Shown piece by piece: positions 59,064 through 64,000 of a stretch of DNA of 64,000 nucleotides (the first letter of the stretch is position 1; the number at the start of each line of letters is the position of its first letter). Under the pieces are notes generated by a model, which was given only the letters and a program-made list of their open reading frames with translations, searched no databases and was not told where the DNA came from. This DNA is from an uncultured Pelagibacteraceae bacterium. GTDB lineage: Bacteria; Pseudomonadota; Alphaproteobacteria; Pelagibacterales; Pelagibacteraceae. The stretch is from assembly GCA_902588315.1 (NCBI GenBank), contig CACIOP010000004.1, forward strand, positions 11,879 through 75,878, in the 5' to 3' direction. Made by a program: the position numbers and the translations under genes.

Positions 59064-59827
59064 TAATTTTCTACAGTTATATTATTTTTAATTTTAAATT
59101 TTTTTTTAATAAATTTAATTCCTTTAATCCATAATTTAAACGCTTCAAAATGTATCGCAGAAATAATTTTAAATGTCATTAAAGGGTGTTTAAGATAAGA
59201 ATTCATTAAGTTTTTGCTTGTCAAATCAGATCTTTCACCATCTTGAGATGCAAAAAGAATTTTTCCCTCTTGATCATATTGATCAATTACAACTAATAAC
59301 TTCTGCTCTGGATTTAATATTCTAAAAAAATAATTACAATCCATTTCAATAAATGGCGAAACATGAAATTTCTTTGAGCAATTATTTTGAATTAATTTAT
59401 TTTGTCCCTCTACTTTAAAAACATATGTGTGTTGCTCACCAAATGTATTCTTAACCTCATATAAAATTGAAATTAGATTATCATTTCTATCATACACAAA
59501 AAAAATACTTAGTGGATTAAAAACATAACCTAGTATTCTTGGATAGCATAAAAGTTTAACTTTTATATTGTCTGTACTGATTTCATTATTAATTAGATTT
59601 TTTTTTACCCACTCAAAAAGAGATGAACCATCACGATCACCATGATCTTTCTCATAAAAACTAATAAGATTAAATTTATTCAATGAAAAAAATCGTAATT
59701 TATCATTAAGCTCATTTAGCTCTGATAGATCTATAAATAATGAAAATACTTTATATTTAAAAAAATGTTCTTTTGGTTTAAATCTCTTATGGATTACATT
59801 TCCATTATATATACAAGAACTAATCAT
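59063..59827 (-). CDS. DUF1365 family protein (UfaO-like)
   Basis: H.R..P..H.F.Y, PRILGYVFNPLS, EVKNTFGE.H.Y, K.FHVSPF, IH.EA..LW.KG. Confidence 0.9.
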   Translation of the reverse strand: MISSCIYNGNVIHKRFKPKEHFFKYKVFSLFIDLSELNELNDKLRFFSLNKFNLISFYEKDHGDRDGSSLFEWVKKNLINNEISTDNIKVKLLCYPRILGYVFNPLSIFFVYDRNDNLISILYEVKNTFGEQHTYVFKVEGQNKLIQNNCSKKFHVSPFIEMDCNYFFRILNPEQKLLVVIDQYDQEGKILFASQDGERSDLTSKNLMNSYLKHPLMTFKIISAIHFEAFKLWIKGIKFIKKKFKIKNNITVEN

Positions 59828-61058
59828 TAAGGTTTTTCAGCATTTCAATTGATGATTTTATTCCATCTTCATGAAATCCGTAACCAAAATAACTACCACA
59901 AAAAAGTAAATCTTTTTGATTTTGTATTTTAATAAGCTCTGATTGAGCATCTAATGCTTTTTGATCGTAATATGGATGTGTAAATTTTACTTTTCTCAAT
60001 ATTTTTTTCTCATCAATATTGAAGTAAGGATTTAGCGTTAAGAAAATATTTTCATCACACTTTAAATTTTGTAATAAATTTAACCAGTAGCTTATTGAAT
60101 TTTTCTCTAAATTCTTGTCATCTATTGATGAATTCCAAGAAGACCAAGCTTTTTTATTTTTTGGCATGGCTCGCTGATCTGTATGTATGTAAGCTATATT
60201 TTCTTTGTAGCTAAAATTCGAAAGAATATTTCTCTCATTCTCCGTTGGATTTTCAATTAACTTTAAGGCTTCATCAGCATGTGTTGCCAAAACCACTTTA
60301 TCATAATCAAAAAATTCGCTTTCTCCACCATAGTACAGGTCTAATCCTGATGATTTTCGTTTAACTCTTGTAACTTTGTAATTTTTATAGTGTTCACCAC
60401 TTATTTGGGAAAGTATTTTACTAACATAAGTTCTACTTCTATTGGTTACTGTGTACCACTGCGGTCTATTTTTTAATTTAAACAAACCATGATTTTGGAA
60501 AAATCTAAGAAAAAAACTAATTGGCATTTTACTTGCTTCATAAGGAGGCATAGACCATATTGCAGATACCATTGGTATTATATGATAATCAACAAATGTT
60601 TTGGATAATTTATTAATCTTTAAATATTCACCTAAGGTAATTTTGTCATTGGATATGATTGCTTGATCACTTTTTTTATAAAATTTAATTATATCAAAAA
60701 ACATTTTTAAGAAATCAATGTTAAATAGATTTGATTTATTGCAGAAAATCCCACTCAATCCTTTTCCACAATATTCAAATTTCGTATTATCTACTGAAAC
60801 TGAAAAAGACATGTTGCTTTTTTCAATTTGAATATCATTTTCGTTAAAAAGATTAATTAAATTTGGATAAGTTTGAAAATTAAAAACAATAAAGCCAATA
60901 TCAACTGATACTTTTTTTTCATCAAAAAACAAATCTATAGTATGAGAATGTCCACCAAAATGGTCTTCTCTTTCGAAAAGATCTACATGATGTTTTTTAG
61001 ATAAATAATAAGCAGCACTTAGTCCAGAAATACCTGACCCAACGACAGCAATTTTCAT
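59820..61058 (-). CDS. FAD-dependent oxidoreductase (UfaD-like, amine oxidase family)
   Basis: VGSGISGL, GGHSHT, VDIGFIVFN..TYPN, F.NHGL, AWSSWN, GYGFHEDG. Confidence 0.88.
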   Translation of the reverse strand: MKIAVVGSGISGLSAAYYLSKKHHVDLFEREDHFGGHSHTIDLFFDEKKVSVDIGFIVFNFQTYPNLINLFNENDIQIEKSNMSFSVSVDNTKFEYCGKGLSGIFCNKSNLFNIDFLKMFFDIIKFYKKSDQAIISNDKITLGEYLKINKLSKTFVDYHIIPMVSAIWSMPPYEASKMPISFFLRFFQNHGLFKLKNRPQWYTVTNRSRTYVSKILSQISGEHYKNYKVTRVKRKSSGLDLYYGGESEFFDYDKVVLATHADEALKLIENPTENERNILSNFSYKENIAYIHTDQRAMPKNKKAWSSWNSSIDDKNLEKNSISYWLNLLQNLKCDENIFLTLNPYFNIDEKKILRKVKFTHPYYDQKALDAQSELIKIQNQKDLLFCGSYFGYGFHEDGIKSSIEMLKNLND

Positions 61059-61064
61059 TAATTA

Positions 61065-63935
61065 TTATGCTGCATCTTCTTTAAACTCATCCATACTTGG
61101 ACAAGTACAAAAAATATTTTTATCTCCATACACGTTATCAACTCTTGCAACCGGAGGCCAAAATTTATTTGCTTTTAAGAATTTTGCAGGATATGCAGCT
61201 TGCTCTCTTGAATATTTATGATTCCATTCATCTGAAGCTAATTCAATATCGGTGTGAGGTGCATTTTTAATAGGATTATCTACTTTGTCAAACTTACCGG
61301 ACTTAACCATATCTATTTCCTCTTTAACGCTAATCAATGTGTCACAAAATCTATCCAGTTCAGATAAACTCTCACTCTCTGTTGGTTCAATCATCATTGT
61401 TCCAGCAACTGGCCATGACATTGTTGGCGCATGAAATCCATAATCAATTAATCTTTTAGCTATATCTTCTTCTGAAATACCTGTTTCGCTTTTAATTGAT
61501 CTAATATCAATAATACACTCATGAGCAACATTGCCATTTGAACCTTTATAAAGAATTGGGTAATGGTCTTTTAATCTATTTGCTATGTAATTTGCATTTA
61601 GGATTGCAATTTGTGTTGCAAGTTTTACACCTTCGGATCCCATCATCTTAATGTACATCCAAGAAATTGATAAAATACTTGAGCTTCCCCAAGGAGCTGC
61701 TGAAACGGCACCTATTCCACTTGCAGGTCCACAATCTTTTACGACTGGATGATTAGGCAGATAAACCTGTAAATGTCTTTTACATGCGATAGGTCCCATT
61801 CCAGGTCCTCCTCCACCATGTGGAATACAAAATGTTTTATGCAAATTTATATGACAAACGTCAGGACCAAAATTTCCTGGTTTTGCAACTCCAACAAGTG
61901 CGTTTAGGTTTGCTCCATCCATATAAACTTGACCACCATGTTCATGAATTACTTCACATATATCTTTAATTTTTTCCTCAAATACGCCATGGGTTGATGG
62001 GTAAGTTACCATTAATGCACCAAGATTCTCTGAATGCAATTCTGCTTTTTTCTTTAAATCCTCAAAATCAACATTTCCTTCTTTGTCACAATTAACAACG
62101 ACAACTTTCATTCCAACCATCTGTGCACTTGCTGGATTAGTTCCATGTGCTGAGCTTGGAATTAAACATATATTTCTATTTCCATCCCCTCTATCTAAAT
62201 GGTACTTTCTTATTACCATTAAGCCAGCATACTCACCTTGGGCTCCCGCATTTGGCTGAAGTGAAACACCAGAAAAACCAGTAATAGATCTTAACCAATT
62301 TTTAAGATCTGTGAACATTTCTCTATATCCCTCCATCTGTTCGACAGGTACGAATGGGTGGGGCTCAGCCAATTCTCTCCATGAAATAGGTATCATTTCT
62401 GCAGTAGCATTTAATTTCATAGTACATGAACCTAGAGCAATCATTGTTCTATTAAGAGCTATATCCTTATCCTCTAACTTTTTAAGATATCTAAGCATTT
62501 CTGTCTCTGAATGATATGAATTAAAAACAGGGTGTTCTAAATATTTTGAAGTTCTTAATAAATTTTTTGGTAGATTTGGTAAACTAACAGTTGGATCCTC
62601 TTTTTTAATTGACTCTGCAGCATTAAATATTTTTAGTAGTTGGTTTACTCTATAAACATTTTTTCTTTCGTCGAAAGAAACAGCCAGCATCTCTGAATTT
62701 ACTTTTCTTATATTAACTTTTTGGTCTAAAGCATTTTTGAAAATCTGATCTGTCTTTTCTTTGGTTATAATAGTTACTGTATCAAAAAAATAATCTGAGT
62801 ATAATTCATATCCAGATTGTTTTATTTTATCTGCAAAATTTTTTGCTAGTTGAGATACTCTTTCGGAAATACTTTTAATTCCATCAGGGCCGTGATAAAT
62901 GGCATATGCTGCTGAAACAATCGCTAGTAAGGCTTGAGCAGTACAAATATTACTTGTAGCTTTGTCTCTTCTAATATGTTGCTCTCTAGTTTGTAATGAC
63001 AACCTATAGGCCTGGTTTCCATGCCTGTCCACTGAAACCCCAACAATTCTACCTGGCATAGATCGTTTGTATTCATCTTTTGTTGCAAAAAAGGCTGCAT
63101 GAGGTCCTCCATAACCCATTGGAATACCAAATCTTTGGGAACTACCAACTGCAATATCTGCTCCAAGCTCTCTTGGTGTTTTTAGCATAGAAAGTGCAAG
63201 GAGATCACAAACTAAAATTGCTTTTCCATTTTTTTTATGAATTTTACTTATGGCCTCACTAGGATCTTTAATATCACCTAAAGTTCCTGGATATTGTAAA
63301 ACTCCGCAAACAATATCCTCTTTTAACTGCTCTAGAACTTTATCCTCGTTTCCAACAAGTACTTTAAGACCCATTGGCTCTGCTCTAGTTTGAATAACGT
63401 CAATTGTTTGTGGGTGGCAGTTCTCAGAAACAAAAACTAATTTACTATCACTTTTATCAAGTCTATGACTTAAACCCATAGCTTCGGCAGCTGCTGTTCC
63501 TTCATCAAGTAAAGACGCGTTTGCTATATCCATTCCTGTAAAATCAACAATCATTTGTTGAAAGTTTAATAGCATCTCTAATCTACCTTGTGCTACTTCA
63601 GGCTGATAAGGTGTGTATGATGTGTACCATCCAGGATTTTCTAATATATTTCTTAAAATTACATAAGGTGTGTAGGTTCCATAATAACCCATGCCTATAA
63701 AATTTGAGTAAATTTGGTTTTTTTTTGAAATTGCTTTTAATTTTCTTAAAGCTTCATATTCTGAATTTGGTTCACCGATATTTAATTCACCTTTAAACTG
63801 AATCTTTTCTGGTATGGTACTATTTATAAACTCATCTAATGACTTAAAGTTAAGATCTTTAAGCATTTTTTCTTGGTCCTTTTCAGATGGACCTATGTGT
63901 CTTCTAATAAAATCTTTTTGTGAATTATGTAACAT
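61065..63935 (-). CDS. gcvP: Glycine dehydrogenase (decarboxylating), P protein
   Basis: RRHIGP, YTPYQPEVAQGRLE, NASLLDE, LGSCTMKLN, HINLHKTFCIPHGGGGPG. Confidence 0.98.
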   Translation of the reverse strand: MLHNSQKDFIRRHIGPSEKDQEKMLKDLNFKSLDEFINSTIPEKIQFKGELNIGEPNSEYEALRKLKAISKKNQIYSNFIGMGYYGTYTPYVILRNILENPGWYTSYTPYQPEVAQGRLEMLLNFQQMIVDFTGMDIANASLLDEGTAAAEAMGLSHRLDKSDSKLVFVSENCHPQTIDVIQTRAEPMGLKVLVGNEDKVLEQLKEDIVCGVLQYPGTLGDIKDPSEAISKIHKKNGKAILVCDLLALSMLKTPRELGADIAVGSSQRFGIPMGYGGPHAAFFATKDEYKRSMPGRIVGVSVDRHGNQAYRLSLQTREQHIRRDKATSNICTAQALLAIVSAAYAIYHGPDGIKSISERVSQLAKNFADKIKQSGYELYSDYFFDTVTIITKEKTDQIFKNALDQKVNIRKVNSEMLAVSFDERKNVYRVNQLLKIFNAAESIKKEDPTVSLPNLPKNLLRTSKYLEHPVFNSYHSETEMLRYLKKLEDKDIALNRTMIALGSCTMKLNATAEMIPISWRELAEPHPFVPVEQMEGYREMFTDLKNWLRSITGFSGVSLQPNAGAQGEYAGLMVIRKYHLDRGDGNRNICLIPSSAHGTNPASAQMVGMKVVVVNCDKEGNVDFEDLKKKAELHSENLGALMVTYPSTHGVFEEKIKDICEVIHEHGGQVYMDGANLNALVGVAKPGNFGPDVCHINLHKTFCIPHGGGGPGMGPIACKRHLQVYLPNHPVVKDCGPASGIGAVSAAPWGSSSILSISWMYIKMMGSEGVKLATQIAILNANYIANRLKDHYPILYKGSNGNVAHECIIDIRSIKSETGISEEDIAKRLIDYGFHAPTMSWPVAGTMMIEPTESESLSELDRFCDTLISVKEEIDMVKSGKFDKVDNPIKNAPHTDIELASDEWNHKYSREQAAYPAKFLKANKFWPPVARVDNVYGDKNIFCTCPSMDEFKEDAA

Positions 63936-64000
63936 TAGCTTGATGTCTCCTTTGCAAATTTATCGTATTCTTCTTTGTTCATTAAAGTATCTAGCTCAGA
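63935..64000 (-). CDS. gcvH: Glycine cleavage H protein, C-terminal end only
   Basis: Minus-strand read SELDTLMNKEEYDKFAKETSS*; its TAA overlaps the gcvP ATG (TAATG); fits gcvT-gcvH-gcvP order. Confidence 0.75.
   Translation of the reverse strand, partial: SELDTLMNKEEYDKFAKETSS

Noticed and set aside
1-64000. CRISPR array, tRNA/rRNA, IS, integrase or prophage
   Set aside because: Nearly all sequence is accounted for by CDSs, the largest gaps are about 115 nt, and I saw no repeat-spacer pattern, cloverleaf or recombinase motif by eye.

Overview
Very AT-rich, almost fully coding alphaproteobacterial chromosome segment with tiny or overlapping intergenic spaces. Gene content and order fit Candidatus Pelagibacter (SAR11); this assignment is inferred from composition and synteny, not from a search. 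1-30 kb is core housekeeping (rne, thiSG, aroQ-accBC, aspS, hda, purMN, ndk, pepA, lptFGD-surA-pdxA-rsmA, gmk, fabDG-acpP, rpsF-rpsR-rplI-dnaB, cvpA-purF). 30-42 kb holds gshAB, transporters and accessory genes. 42-64 kb is a C1/glycine region: DMT-creatinase-amidinotransferase, moeA/mobA, NAD-dependent formate dehydrogenase, selO, a furan/cyclopropane fatty-acid-like cluster and gcvP/gcvH. I saw no rRNA, tRNA, CRISPR or mobile element. Best leads: (1) a DMT + creatinase + glycine-amidinotransferase-like operon in a divergon with FDH, possibly a guanidino-compound salvage pathway; (2) a UfaD/UfaO/UfaM-like lipid cluster appended to the gcv operon; (3) an orphan NrdJ C-terminal domain with an unrecognised N-terminus; (4) RNase E lacking its Zn-link; (5) a secreted CRTAC1-like plus Cys-rich protein pair; (6) a PhyH gene broken by one in-frame TGA. 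All protein calls rest on motif recognition by eye.
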